From Thermofilaceae archaeon (GTDB lineage Archaea > Thermoproteota > Thermoprotei > Thermofilales > Thermofilaceae): 64,000 bases of DNA. The notes under the pieces are model-generated. The model was given only the letters and a program-made list of their open reading frames with translations, was not told where the DNA came from and made no database searches. The position numbers and the translations under genes are program-made. Where the stretch lies: NCBI GenBank assembly GCA_038727095.1, contig JAVYWK010000010.1, forward strand, positions 1-64,000. The letters are read 5' to 3'. The first letter of the stretch is position 1, and every line of letters starts with the position of its first letter. Shown here one piece after another: positions 44,848-54,131 of the stretch.

Positions 44848-45225
44848 ATGGTTTTAAAACGGGGATTGTTTAGGGTTTCCGTGGAGCTTTCAACGCTCCT
44901 GCTGGTTGCGGTTGCGATCGCTGTCTCGGTGGCTGCCGCGCTGTGGGCTTCCAACATCGCCTTCCACTACACGGGCTTCGAAATGCTCGATGTATTCTGC
45001 CGAGCCGGGGAGGGGGGTGTAACCGTCACTGTCAGGAACAGGGGGACGAGGCCCGTGACTTTGATCTCTGCGGTTGTTGAAGGGGAGGTGAGGGAGCTTG
45101 GCTTGACCTTGAGGCCGGGTGAGCTTGGGGAGTTCTCGCTGCCCGTTAAGCGCGCGGGGGTTGTGCAGGTTGAGGTGAGGACGCCGGGTAAGGTGTACCC
45201 TTGCGTGGTGGAGGTTAGGGGGTGA
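44848..45225 (+). CDS. Second pilin paralog with degenerate signal peptide (start uncertain)
   Basis: VSVELSTLLLVAVAIAVSVAAALW...TGFEML, VRNRG, LRPGE and TPGKVYP align with the major pilin. Confidence 0.75.
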   Translation: MVLKRGLFRVSVELSTLLLVAVAIAVSVAAALWASNIAFHYTGFEMLDVFCRAGEGGVTVTVRNRGTRPVTLISAVVEGEVRELGLTLRPGELGEFSLPVKRAGVVQVEVRTPGKVYPCVVEVRG

Positions 45226-45628
45226 CGCGGCTCTCGATCTCCCTCTCGACGATCTCGGCCACTTTTCTCCCGAGGGGTGTGAGGGCGATGATCTTCCTTT
45301 GGGGTGTTGCGACGAGCTTCACCAGGCCCTTCTCGGCCAGCTGTAGTGCGAGGCCGAGCCCGAGCTTCGATGTGAGCCCTGTCATCCTCGCGACGGTGCT
45401 GAGGACCTCGGCTCCCCCGCTCGCCTTGACGGTCAGTAGGGCTGCGATCTGCTTGTCGGTGAGCTCGATGATCCTCCCGTCGACGTCCAGGGTTAGGAGG
45501 ACGCGCTGCCTCTTCGGGGGCTCCCCGTCCATCACGTGGCGGCTCGCCTTCCTCCTGATGACGGCTACCGCCTCGGCGGCCCTTGAGACGGCGAGGGTCA
45601 GCTCCCGCAGCTCGTCAAGCCCCTCCAT
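45215..45628 (-). CDS. Winged-helix protein
   Basis: LDVDGRIIELT, QLAEKGLV, ALTPLGRKVA. Confidence 0.75.
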   Translation of the reverse strand: MEGLDELRELTLAVSRAAEAVAVIRRKASRHVMDGEPPKRQRVLLTLDVDGRIIELTDKQIAALLTVKASGGAEVLSTVARMTGLTSKLGLGLALQLAEKGLVKLVATPQRKIIALTPLGRKVAEIVEREIESRVTP

Positions 45629-45973
45629 TCAACCACCCAGCGCCTCCTGCATGATCCTCCAGAGCCCAGCTGCCTCCGCCTTCCTGCGGATCTCGTCGGC
45701 GGCTTTTGCGCCGCGCTCGGTGAGCAGGTAGATCCTCGTCCCCCTCACGTTGTAGCTCTCGACGAGCTCCAACTCGACCAGGCGGTTGACCGTCCTGAGG
45801 GCTCCCGCGTGCCCCGTGGCGACGAGCTCCACGTCGGAAAGGGTGAGGGCGTTCCAGTCGACGAGCCTCATCACGAGTAGCACTGCCGCCTCCCTCCAGG
45901 TCAGCTTGTATTGCCTCCCATCGACCTCCACGTTCAAGAGCGTTCGCCCGGATCCTAGCCACCTTAAGCCCAT
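45629..45973 (-). CDS. Winged-helix protein (start uncertain)
   Basis: VEVDGRQYKLT, RLVELELV, LLTERGAKAA. Confidence 0.75.
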   Translation of the reverse strand: MGLRWLGSGRTLLNVEVDGRQYKLTWREAAVLLVMRLVDWNALTLSDVELVATGHAGALRTVNRLVELELVESYNVRGTRIYLLTERGAKAADEIRRKAEAAGLWRIMQEALGG

Positions 45974-46561
45974 ATAAGCAATTCTCCGACTCTTGCGAAG
46001 CATGCTGCCGGAAAGTGCCAAGCGTGCGGGCAGGGTTTCTGTCCGTTAGCGCAACCCCGCTATCGTGTTTCGATGCGGGCATTAAAAGCCCTTGCACAGC
46101 TGGAGGGAACCTGCCCGTGCGCTACCGGAGAACCTTAAAGTGCCCCCCTCGGAAGGGCTTTGAACACGCACCGAAGCGCGCTTGGTGCCCTGCTAGTTGA
46201 CCTCAAACCCGTTACCAATCAATTGTCAGAGCGCGTTTTTCTAGTGGATGCGGCTGCCTAGGTCGCTTGATCCTGTCGAGCGATTATTGGCCTTGTTTTC
46301 CCGGTACCTGAAACAGGTGGTGTAGGGCGCACGTTTGATCCTCTCCCCCTCACCTCACTCTCACACAGTTTTCCAAAACGCGGGAGCATGATTCGAGATC
46401 GCTGCTCATACGCTGGTGTCGCGCTCAAACGTATACACGCACCTCGACAGCTGTGCGTCGCCTACAACGGGTTTCCCCGATCTAACGGATTAGACTGCAA
46501 AGCTGCAGCGCGTCAGTTCCACGACCCGGGTTTTCCCTGACTTGCAGCCCACCGAGAGGGT

Positions 46562-46906
46562 TTAAAATAGAAAGCTTACCAGTTCGCTGTATACCTTCCA
46601 GCCGCGCTCGGTAAGAGCAGCGTATGTTCTAAATGGTGTTGAAATTATTTTCACGAGACCGTTTCTCTCCATCTCCCTCAAGACAGCTATCGCCTGGCGC
46701 AAGTTTCCCGCAGCTAGCGAGGAGAGCGGAGCCTTCCCCCCAGCCTTAGCCAGCTTCAGGATGATCTCGATAGCTGCACTGTCGATGCTTTCACCCCCCG
46801 TTTGCTGTGAAGTAACTTTCAACCTGTAAAGGATGTTGGCTGCTGCGGCGATTTTGTCGGCCGTTTTAACACCCTTCGTAAGCTCAAGCAGAGCCTCATT
46901 GCGCAT
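46562..46906 (-). CDS. Winged-helix protein
   Basis: EMERNGLVKI, ALTERGWKVY. Confidence 0.72.
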   Translation of the reverse strand: MRNEALLELTKGVKTADKIAAAANILYRLKVTSQQTGGESIDSAAIEIILKLAKAGGKAPLSSLAAGNLRQAIAVLREMERNGLVKIISTPFRTYAALTERGWKVYSELVSFLF

Positions 46907-46972
46907 ACCTCGCTATGGCGGGGGAGTTTATTGAGTCTATTTAAACTGTTCCCCCACAGCGGTATTGGGCTT

Positions 46973-47314
46973 TCATTGATCTCTGTTGTTCTCGGTAGCT
47001 GACTTCACGGGTGCTTGGTGAAGGAGCCGAAAAATGAGCACATACGTCAGTTCGGGGATTGGTTCTTTTCTAGTTTCTTCAACTAGCTTGCGAGCGGCAT
47101 GGATCCCGATCACGAGATCCTTAAACGCTCCGTCGTGGGGATTCTTGAGCGTCGTCCCGTTCTCTTCCATCCATTTTTCAGGGTAAATCCGATTTTTTAA
47201 ATCAATCGCTGAATATATACCATCGTCAGATTGTTTTTGCCCTTTAACAGAGCTTTCCGCTGCAACCTTCTGCATCCTCGGATCCTTCTCCTCCATGACG
47301 TGGAGGCGTCCCAA
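46973..47314 (-). CDS. Hypothetical protein or gene fragment
   Basis: Lower-GC ORF between wHTH genes, no motif recognised. Confidence 0.4.
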   Translation of the reverse strand: MGRLHVMEEKDPRMQKVAAESSVKGQKQSDDGIYSAIDLKNRIYPEKWMEENGTTLKNPHDGAFKDLVIGIHAARKLVEETRKEPIPELTYVLIFRLLHQAPVKSATENNRDQ

Positions 47315-47358
47315 GCTCCTTTTTCAAACCTTTAGTTCATGAGGGGGTTTGAGCCGGC

Positions 47359-47709
47359 TTAAAGGAGTTTGGCTTCCTTCGCCATCCTCTCAAGTTCCTC
47401 CGCAACTTTGGCACCGTCTTCTGTCAAGTAGATGATGCTGCTCCGTCCAACCGTGAGTTCTCCGACCAACCCCTTCGCCTTTAAATCGTCCACCAGTGCT
47501 CTCAGCTTTCCTAGGTCGGGCTCTACTGCTTGGAGACGGGTCAGGGGTAGAGCGTTGAACCTGACCCACCGTAGGGCCAGGAGCACTGCGATGCCTCTCC
47601 AGTCAAGCTCGTAGCTCTTCCCCTCCACCTCGATGATCAAGCTGCGCTCAGGAGGGCTTACCGATAAATAAAATATCAAGTTTATCCCATCCTCTTCATC
47701 AGAGATCAT
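47359..47709 (-). CDS. Winged-helix protein, paralog of 45629-45973
   Basis: IEVEGKSYELDWRGIAVLL...FNAL...KGLV...YLTEDGAKVAEEL. Confidence 0.75.
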   Translation of the reverse strand: MISDEEDGINLIFYLSVSPPERSLIIEVEGKSYELDWRGIAVLLALRWVRFNALPLTRLQAVEPDLGKLRALVDDLKAKGLVGELTVGRSSIIYLTEDGAKVAEELERMAKEAKLL

Positions 47710-47945
47710 CTGCGTAAATGTTTCGAAAGTGAGTACTTATTACTGTTATTTCTTCGATTAACAGTATGATTCTAAAATGCGGTTGATATGAAGTGTTGAT
47801 GATCGCTTCCTATATTAAACTTTTTTGGAAAAATCAAACATTTCTCTTTTTAGATTTAGTATTTTCAACTAGCTTTCCCGAATAAGTATCGGCGTTCGGT
47901 TTCCCCCATCAAGCCCTGCTTGCTGGCTGGGGTAGTCGGGGTTTC

Positions 47946-48995
47946 TCAGTACTTTACGACTTTGGTGAGCTTTGTGGGCTTGTCGGGGTCGAGTTCTCGG
48001 AGTAGGCTGAGGTGGTAGGCGGTGAGTTGAGCTACTTTGGCGAGGGGGATTGCGTTTGCCTCGCCTCCAGCGTCCGGGAATTCGATTGCGCAGGATGCGT
48101 ACTGGGTGAAGCTTGAGGCTCCGGGGCCGATGAGCACGATCGGCGCCTTGTGGCCGGCGATTCTCTCGAGAGCTTTCGCGGAAGCTTCGAAGCCGCTTCT
48201 CGAGGCTGCGTAGACGAGCACCGGCGTGTTCTCCTCGACTAGCTGGAGGGGTCCGTGGAGGAACTCCCTGACGGCGAACCCCTCGGCGTGCAGCATGGCG
48301 GCCTCCTTCAGCTTGAGCGCCGCCTCCAGAGCGATTGGGTAGCCGACCCCTCTGCCGAGGCAGAAGGCGTGCTCCGCCTTCACCATGGCCTCCGCGACGC
48401 CCTTAACCCTGCCGTCCTCGGACAGCACTTTCCTCGCCGCCTCCGCGGCCTTCTCGATCTCTCCCAGGCTTTTGCCTGCTGCCTTGTAGGCCAGCATGAG
48501 GGCTGCGGTGAGCTGGACGTCGAACGTCTTCGTCGCTGCAACCGCTTTCTCCTCCCCGGCTCGGGTGACGATCGCGGCGTCAGCTATCCTGGCGAGCGTG
48601 CTGCCGGGCGTGTTCGTGATCGCGATCGTCTTGGCGCCCGCGCTCTTCGCGACGTTGAACGCCTCGATAATGTCGCTGCTCTCCCCGGACTGGGAGTAGC
48701 CGATGATGAAGTACTTCCCCCTCTCAGGGCGCCACTCGGCGAACTCTGACGCGGGGATGGCTGCGACGTGTAAGCTGGTGTACTTGCTCAAGAGCTGCTG
48801 GAGGAATAGGCTGGCGTGGAAGCTCGTGCCGCTCCCGATGATGAACCCGCTTGTAACCCCCTTCGCCTCGAGGTCGGTGAGGAGATTTGCCGCGGAAGCC
48901 ACCTGGTCAGCGGCTTCGCGGAGCGTGCGGAGAACCGCGTCGGGGCCCTCGGCCAGCTCCTTCCCCATAAACTCGCCTTTCCTCTTCTCGGCCAC
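47946..48995 (-). CDS. SIS-only GlmS-like protein (glucosamine-6-phosphate deaminase GlmD type)
   Basis: GSGTS, SQSGES, ITN, AATKTF, EAALKLKE, HGP, LTKVV; no glutaminase domain. Confidence 0.88.
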   Translation of the reverse strand: MAEKRKGEFMGKELAEGPDAVLRTLREAADQVASAANLLTDLEAKGVTSGFIIGSGTSFHASLFLQQLLSKYTSLHVAAIPASEFAEWRPERGKYFIIGYSQSGESSDIIEAFNVAKSAGAKTIAITNTPGSTLARIADAAIVTRAGEEKAVAATKTFDVQLTAALMLAYKAAGKSLGEIEKAAEAARKVLSEDGRVKGVAEAMVKAEHAFCLGRGVGYPIALEAALKLKEAAMLHAEGFAVREFLHGPLQLVEENTPVLVYAASRSGFEASAKALERIAGHKAPIVLIGPGASSFTQYASCAIEFPDAGGEANAIPLAKVAQLTAYHLSLLRELDPDKPTKLTKVVKY

Positions 48996-49047
48996 GGGGC
49001 TTCATAGCGATACCAGATATAAGCGTTCTCGAGCGGGTGGAGGGGGG

Positions 49048-49422
49048 TTGCGCGTGATAGTGGGGCTGGGGGTTGACATCGAATCGGTGGATCGGTTTAG
49101 AAGGATGAGGAGGGAGGTTTTCCTAAGAGTCGTGAAGAGGGTTTTGACCGAGAACGAGGAGAGGTACTGCTTCGGTAGAGCCGATCCCTACCCTCACGTT
49201 GCCGCGCGCTTCTGCGCAAAGGAGGCGTTCGCGAAGGCCTTGGGGTTTGAGAGGGCCTGGCTGATACCGTTCAAGGACGTTGAAGTGCTCGGCTCACCCC
49301 CTCGGCTTACAGCCATGGGTAGAGCTGCGGAAGCATTGAGGGAAAAAAGCGCGCGATTCGTCCTCGTCAGCCTATCCCACACGAGCGAGTACGCGGTCGC
49401 GGTCGTCGTGCTCGAGGCTTAG
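49048..49422 (+). CDS. acpS: Holo-[acyl-carrier-protein] synthase
   Basis: GLGVDIE, AARFCAKEAFAKALG, SLSH; start reassigned to about 49048. Confidence 0.93.
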   Translation: MRVIVGLGVDIESVDRFRRMRREVFLRVVKRVLTENEERYCFGRADPYPHVAARFCAKEAFAKALGFERAWLIPFKDVEVLGSPPRLTAMGRAAEALREKSARFVLVSLSHTSEYAVAVVVLEA

Positions 49423-49688
49423 CCCGCCTTCACCCTGCCCGAGGCCCTCAGCTTCTCGATCACGTAGGCGATCGCTTGGCCGACGGTCTGGTTCTTCTCC
49501 ACGTCCTCGTCGGGGACCTCTATGCCGAAGGCGTCCTCGATCTCAGCGACGAGCTCTATCGTGGTTATCGAGTCGGCACCCAGGTCGTCTATGAAGCGGG
49601 TTTCAGGCTTCAGCTCCTCGGGCTTAACCCTGTAGATCCTGGCGATGATCTCCTTCACCCTAGCCTCGATCTCCCTCTCGGATAGCAT
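49419..49688 (-). CDS. acpP: Acyl carrier protein
   Basis: RVKEII, DDLGADS phosphopantetheine site, ELVAEIEDAFGIEVPDE, TVGQAI. Confidence 0.95.
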   Translation of the reverse strand: MLSEREIEARVKEIIARIYRVKPEELKPETRFIDDLGADSITTIELVAEIEDAFGIEVPDEDVEKNQTVGQAIAYVIEKLRASGRVKAG

Positions 49689-49715
49689 GCTCTCGACCCG
49701 CAGGCATCGCGCATC

Positions 49716-50990
49716 TTATATCCCTTTCTCCCTTTCCAGCTTCTGCTGGTACAGCTGTATGTAGTGCTCCCTTTCTTCCCGCGTTGCCTCGTACAGGTGG
49801 CTCAGCATCCTGGCCTGCGGCTCCGTCAGCGTCCTACCCCTCCTCCTCATAACCTCCTCTGCCGTCCTCAGCATCCTCCGCAAGCCCGGACCCTTGCTTA
49901 GCCTGCCGTTGATGTACCAGGTGAAGGAGGGTATGTACTTGGGCGATATGTCGGGGGCTAGCACGTTGCACATCACGCCGACAACAGCCCCCGTGTTGAG
50001 CAGCGTCCCGATGCTGGTCTTCGTGTGGTCGCCGATGAAGCTGCCCACCTTCTGACTGCCCGTCTTGACGGGCTTCCCGTTGATGTAGACTTCAACCTCG
50101 CTGTAGTCGTTCTTCAGGTCGCTGTTGGTCGTCAAAGCGCCGAGGTTGACCCACTCCCCGACGTAAGCGTGCCCGAGGAAGCCGTCGTGGTACTTGTTGC
50201 TGAAGCCGTGGATGATCGACTCCTCCACCTCACCACCAACCCTGCAGACGGGGCCTATCGTGATCCCGCCCCTGAGGCGGGCCATGGGCATGACGTAGGT
50301 CTCCTCCCCTATGTAGGTCGGCCCCTCGATGTAGGTGAACGGGTATACGCGGGCCCCCTCGGAGATGATGACGGGGCCGTGCTCCGCGTCGATCACCACG
50401 TTGGGGTAAACGACGGCTCCCGGAGCGATGTAGACGTCCTCCCTCTCGCCGAGCAGCTCGATGTGCCCCTTAATCTTCCCGTGCACGCCCCCTTTGCCGA
50501 GCCTCGCGAAATCGCGCTTTATCGCATCCGGGTTCTCGAAGATGAGATCCCAGGGCCAGTTGGCCAGCCTAGCCTTAACCTCCTCCCTACCCAGCTCCTC
50601 GGACAGCCTTGCGACCAGCTCCGGGATGGGCAACCCCCTGTACCTCTCGAGCGTCGCCCTCTTCGCCCTGATGAAGACGACCTCGCCCCCATTGACGCCC
50701 ACGTACTCGTCCTTTACGTCGACCTCCTCCCCCGCGTGGATCCAGCGGCCGTTGAGGAGTAGCACGTCGTCCGGTGGGAGCTGGTTGATCAGGAAGTTCG
50801 GGTGCCTCTCCCTCAGCACCTCGGTCAAGTACTCCCTCACGTGGAGGCTGACCTCAGCCCCCCTCCCGAAGGCTGCTAGGAGCTTCTCGAGGATCGTTGT
50901 GGCGCCGACCCTGAGCTCGTAGACGGCTCGCGTCATCGTCAGGGGGTGGAAGTTCGCGGCCTTCCCATCCTCAAACACGCAGACCCTCAT
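49716..50990 (-). CDS. GlmU-like protein (putative sugar nucleotidyltransferase domain + hexapeptide-repeat acyltransferase)
   Basis: FED...FHPLTMTRAVYELRVG; left-handed beta-helix repeats; SNKYHDGFLGHAYVGEWVNLGA..NSDLKN. Confidence 0.85.
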   Translation of the reverse strand: MRVCVFEDGKAANFHPLTMTRAVYELRVGATTILEKLLAAFGRGAEVSLHVREYLTEVLRERHPNFLINQLPPDDVLLLNGRWIHAGEEVDVKDEYVGVNGGEVVFIRAKRATLERYRGLPIPELVARLSEELGREEVKARLANWPWDLIFENPDAIKRDFARLGKGGVHGKIKGHIELLGEREDVYIAPGAVVYPNVVIDAEHGPVIISEGARVYPFTYIEGPTYIGEETYVMPMARLRGGITIGPVCRVGGEVEESIIHGFSNKYHDGFLGHAYVGEWVNLGALTTNSDLKNDYSEVEVYINGKPVKTGSQKVGSFIGDHTKTSIGTLLNTGAVVGVMCNVLAPDISPKYIPSFTWYINGRLSKGPGLRRMLRTAEEVMRRRGRTLTEPQARMLSHLYEATREEREHYIQLYQQKLEREKGI

Positions 50991-51022
50991 GCCCCATCAC
51001 CGGTCAAAAACAGGCTATGCTA

Positions 51023-52237
51023 TTAAGCCTTATTTTTTAGGGTTCTGCGGAGAACCATTAAAGCCTCCTCTGCAATGGCCAGCTCCTCGTTGGTGGGTAT
51101 GACGAGCACCTTCACCCTCGAATCATCCCTGCTGATGATTCCGCCGTGCTGCTCCGGCTGTTCGTTCTTCACGGGGTCGAGGATGATCCCCAGGTTCTCG
51201 AGGCCCTCGAGGATCATCCTCCTCATCGCCGGGCTCCTCTCCCCGATGCCCGCTGTCATGACGATCGCGTCGGCTCCGTTCATGACGGCCATGTAGGCCC
51301 CGATGTACTTCTTCACCCTGTGGGCGAACACCTTCAGGGCCATCGCCGCCCTCTCGTCCCCCCTCTCGCTCGCCTGCAGGAGGACTCTCACGTCGTTCGA
51401 GATCCCAGAGAGGCCGAGCAGCCCGCTCCTCCTATTGAGGAGGTCGTAAACCTCATCCGCGCTCAACCCCTCCCACTTCATGAGGAAGTAGAAGATGGAG
51501 GGGTCGATGTCCCCGCACCTCGTCCCCATCACGAGGCCCTCGAGCGGGGTCAACCCCATGCTGGTTTCAACGCACTTGCCGTACATGACGGCAGCGATGC
51601 TCGCTCCGCTGCCCAGGTGGCAGGTGATCAGCTTCAGCTTCTCGAGCGGCATACCCAGCAGCTCAGCCGCCCTCCTGGCCACGTACCGGTGGCTGATGCC
51701 GTGGAACCCGTACCGCCTTATCCTGTACTTCAGGTAGTACTCGTACGGTATCGCGTACAGGTACGCCTCCTCGGGCAGCGTGGAGTGGAAGGCCGTGTCG
51801 AAGACGGCCACGTGCAGAGCGTGGGGGAACACGCTCTTCGCAGCTCTGATGCCCAGCAGGTTGGCCGGGTTGTGGAGGGGGGCCATCCTCGCGTACTCCT
51901 CTATGACCCGCTCCACCCGCTCGTCGATCACCGAGGATTCACGCATTTCGCCTCCGTGGACCACCCGGTGGCCGACGGCTGCGATCTCCTCCGGCCTCGC
52001 GATCACGCCCAAGCCGGGGTCGCTGAGGACCCTGAGAATGTGCTGGAGGGCTTCCCCGTGGTCCCGGATTCTCGCCTCGTACCTCAACCCACCCCTCGGG
52101 CCCCTGTAGTCGACGTACGAGACTTCCTCCCCGATCCTCTCGACGATCCCCCCGGCCAGCTCTACGAGGGCTTCCCCGCAATCGTAGACCCTGAACTTCA
52201 CCGTGGAGCTGCCGCTGTTCAAGACGAGGATCTTCAC
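51023..52237 (-). CDS. ackA: Acetate kinase
   Basis: [61 protein letters not shown]. Confidence 0.97.
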   Translation of the reverse strand: MKILVLNSGSSTVKFRVYDCGEALVELAGGIVERIGEEVSYVDYRGPRGGLRYEARIRDHGEALQHILRVLSDPGLGVIARPEEIAAVGHRVVHGGEMRESSVIDERVERVIEEYARMAPLHNPANLLGIRAAKSVFPHALHVAVFDTAFHSTLPEEAYLYAIPYEYYLKYRIRRYGFHGISHRYVARRAAELLGMPLEKLKLITCHLGSGASIAAVMYGKCVETSMGLTPLEGLVMGTRCGDIDPSIFYFLMKWEGLSADEVYDLLNRRSGLLGLSGISNDVRVLLQASERGDERAAMALKVFAHRVKKYIGAYMAVMNGADAIVMTAGIGERSPAMRRMILEGLENLGIILDPVKNEQPEQHGGIISRDDSRVKVLVIPTNEELAIAEEALMVLRRTLKNKA

Positions 52238-53262
52238 CCCTCCCTCACCGCCCCTGCTATGGCCGAGACGATCGCGATGACGCCCACGATGTCCTCCACC
52301 GTCGCCCCGCGGGAGAGGTCGCTGGCCGGCTTCGCGAAGCCCTGGAGTATGGGGCCGTAGGCTCTAGCCCCAGCCAGCCTCTGCACCAGCTTATAGGCTA
52401 TGTTGCCGGAGTTCAAGTCGGGGAATATGAGCACGTTCGCCCTCCCGGCGACGGGGCTCTCACCCTTCACCTTCCTCCTCGCGACCCCCGGGTCCAGCGC
52501 CGCGTCAGCCTGGAGCTCCCCATCGATGAGGAGCGCCGGATCCTTCGAGCGCGCGATCTCCAGCGCCTTCAAGACCTTGTCGACGAGCGGGTGCGACGCG
52601 CTACCCTTCGTGGAGAAGGACAGTAGGGCGACCCGGGGCTCCCAGCCCAGCAGCCACCTAGCGCTCCTCGCCGTAGCGATCGCGATCTCGGCCAGCTGCT
52701 CGGGGGTGGGGTTCACGTTGACGGCGCAGTCGGCGAAGATGAGGCACCCTTCCTCGCCGCCCGCGTAGCCCGGGATCTCCATCAGGAAGAAGCTGGACGG
52801 CGTTGAAATGCCCGGCTGGAAGCCGATCGTGAGGGCGCAGGCTCGTATGACGTTGGCGGTCGTGTTGATGGCACCCGCAACCATCCCGTCCGCTGCCCCT
52901 TCCCGCACCATCATCGCGGCGTAGAAGAGCTCCCTCCTCATCAACTGCCTAGCCATCCCCAGCCGATCCTCCCCGTAACCCCTCAAGGCCAGGTACCTGC
53001 GCGCGTACAATTCCGAGCTCTCCGGGTCGGGTTCGACGACTTCAACCCCCTCCAGCCCCAGCCTCCGGTAGACCTCCTCCACCACCCTCCTCTCGCCGAC
53101 TAGGACGGGCGTAGCCACCTTCATGTCGGCTGCCCTCCGTGCTGCTGCAGCTATCCTCTCGTCAGTAGCCTCGGGTAGAACGATCCTGGAGCGGTATCGC
53201 CTAGCTCTCTCGAAGATCCTCTCCATAACAGGTGAGGGCTTGCTCACGCTTGCAACAACCAA
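52234..53262 (-). CDS. pta: Phosphate acetyltransferase (start uncertain)
   Basis: [53 protein letters not shown]. Confidence 0.96.
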   Translation of the reverse strand: MVVASVSKPSPVMERIFERARRYRSRIVLPEATDERIAAAARRAADMKVATPVLVGERRVVEEVYRRLGLEGVEVVEPDPESSELYARRYLALRGYGEDRLGMARQLMRRELFYAAMMVREGAADGMVAGAINTTANVIRACALTIGFQPGISTPSSFFLMEIPGYAGGEEGCLIFADCAVNVNPTPEQLAEIAIATARSARWLLGWEPRVALLSFSTKGSASHPLVDKVLKALEIARSKDPALLIDGELQADAALDPGVARRKVKGESPVAGRANVLIFPDLNSGNIAYKLVQRLAGARAYGPILQGFAKPASDLSRGATVEDIVGVIAIVSAIAGAVREG

Positions 53263-53468
53263 AAACTCGTTTAAATGCCTACTTCCCCCCTCCTACACGC
53301 GCCTAGAGGGGGCTGAAGGTCAAGATCGAAGTGCGTGTTCAATCCCTCAAAAAAAATTCTTTTAGGCCTAAAATCGGGTTTTTGCGAGAATGGAATCCAC
53401 TCCGCCATTGAAGGGCCAGAGGGGGGTAGAGTGCCACTCCTCCCGCTTCGCGCTCACTGGACTGGATT

Positions 53469-54098
53469 CTACCCGTACGCTCCCAGAGCCTGCAGAGTTA
53501 CTTCGGCGAGCATTGAGGCTCCGAAGTAGACGACGAGGAGCGCTAGCGCGGCGAGGATCACCCTGTAGGCTTTCGTGTTCATCCGGCTGAGGGAGCCTGC
53601 GGCCGCCACGATGGTTAGCCAAGCGTAGTCGAGCCAGACGTGCGTCAGGTAGAAGGCGAGGATGCTGGCTTGCCCGCCCTGAAGGGCTTCAGCTACCAGG
53701 GGTGAGCCCACCCCCAGCCACCAGACGATGAAGAAGGGGTTGAAGAGCGAGAGAGCAACCCCGGTGGCGAGCGGCCCCCTCATCCTGTGAGATTCCTTCG
53801 GGTCGAGGTTGGGCTTCAGGGAGGACGTCAGCGTGAGGTAGCCGAAGAAGAGCATGAAGGCTCCGCCCGCCACTCCCAGGAGGAGCCTCGAAGCAGGACT
53901 GTCGAGTAGGCCGCCGAGCCCGTAAGCGATGGAGAGGACGAGGGGGAACTCAACGATCGTGTGGCCCACCGCTACCCCGACCCCGGCTTTCCAGCCCTTT
54001 CTAGCCCCCAGGGCGGCTGTCGCGGCTGTTAGGGGCCCAGGAGCTAGGGCTCCGGAGGCGCTGACAGTTACAACCTTGAGGGCTAAATCCAGATTCAC
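53469..54098 (-). CDS. LysE family translocator
   Basis: SGALAPGPL, GHTIVE, SLFNPFFIVWW. Confidence 0.88.
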   Translation of the reverse strand: MNLDLALKVVTVSASGALAPGPLTAATAALGARKGWKAGVGVAVGHTIVEFPLVLSIAYGLGGLLDSPASRLLLGVAGGAFMLFFGYLTLTSSLKPNLDPKESHRMRGPLATGVALSLFNPFFIVWWLGVGSPLVAEALQGGQASILAFYLTHVWLDYAWLTIVAAAGSLSRMNTKAYRVILAALALLVVYFGASMLAEVTLQALGAYG

Positions 54099-54131
54099 TG
54101 GTGTAGGTTTCTATACATCCCACTTATATGT

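Noticed and set aside
51146-52360. 404-aa antisense ORF over ackA, and many other shadow ORFs such as 58189-59205 and 50025-50762
   Set aside because: Antisense mirrors of well-supported genes, expected at high GC3
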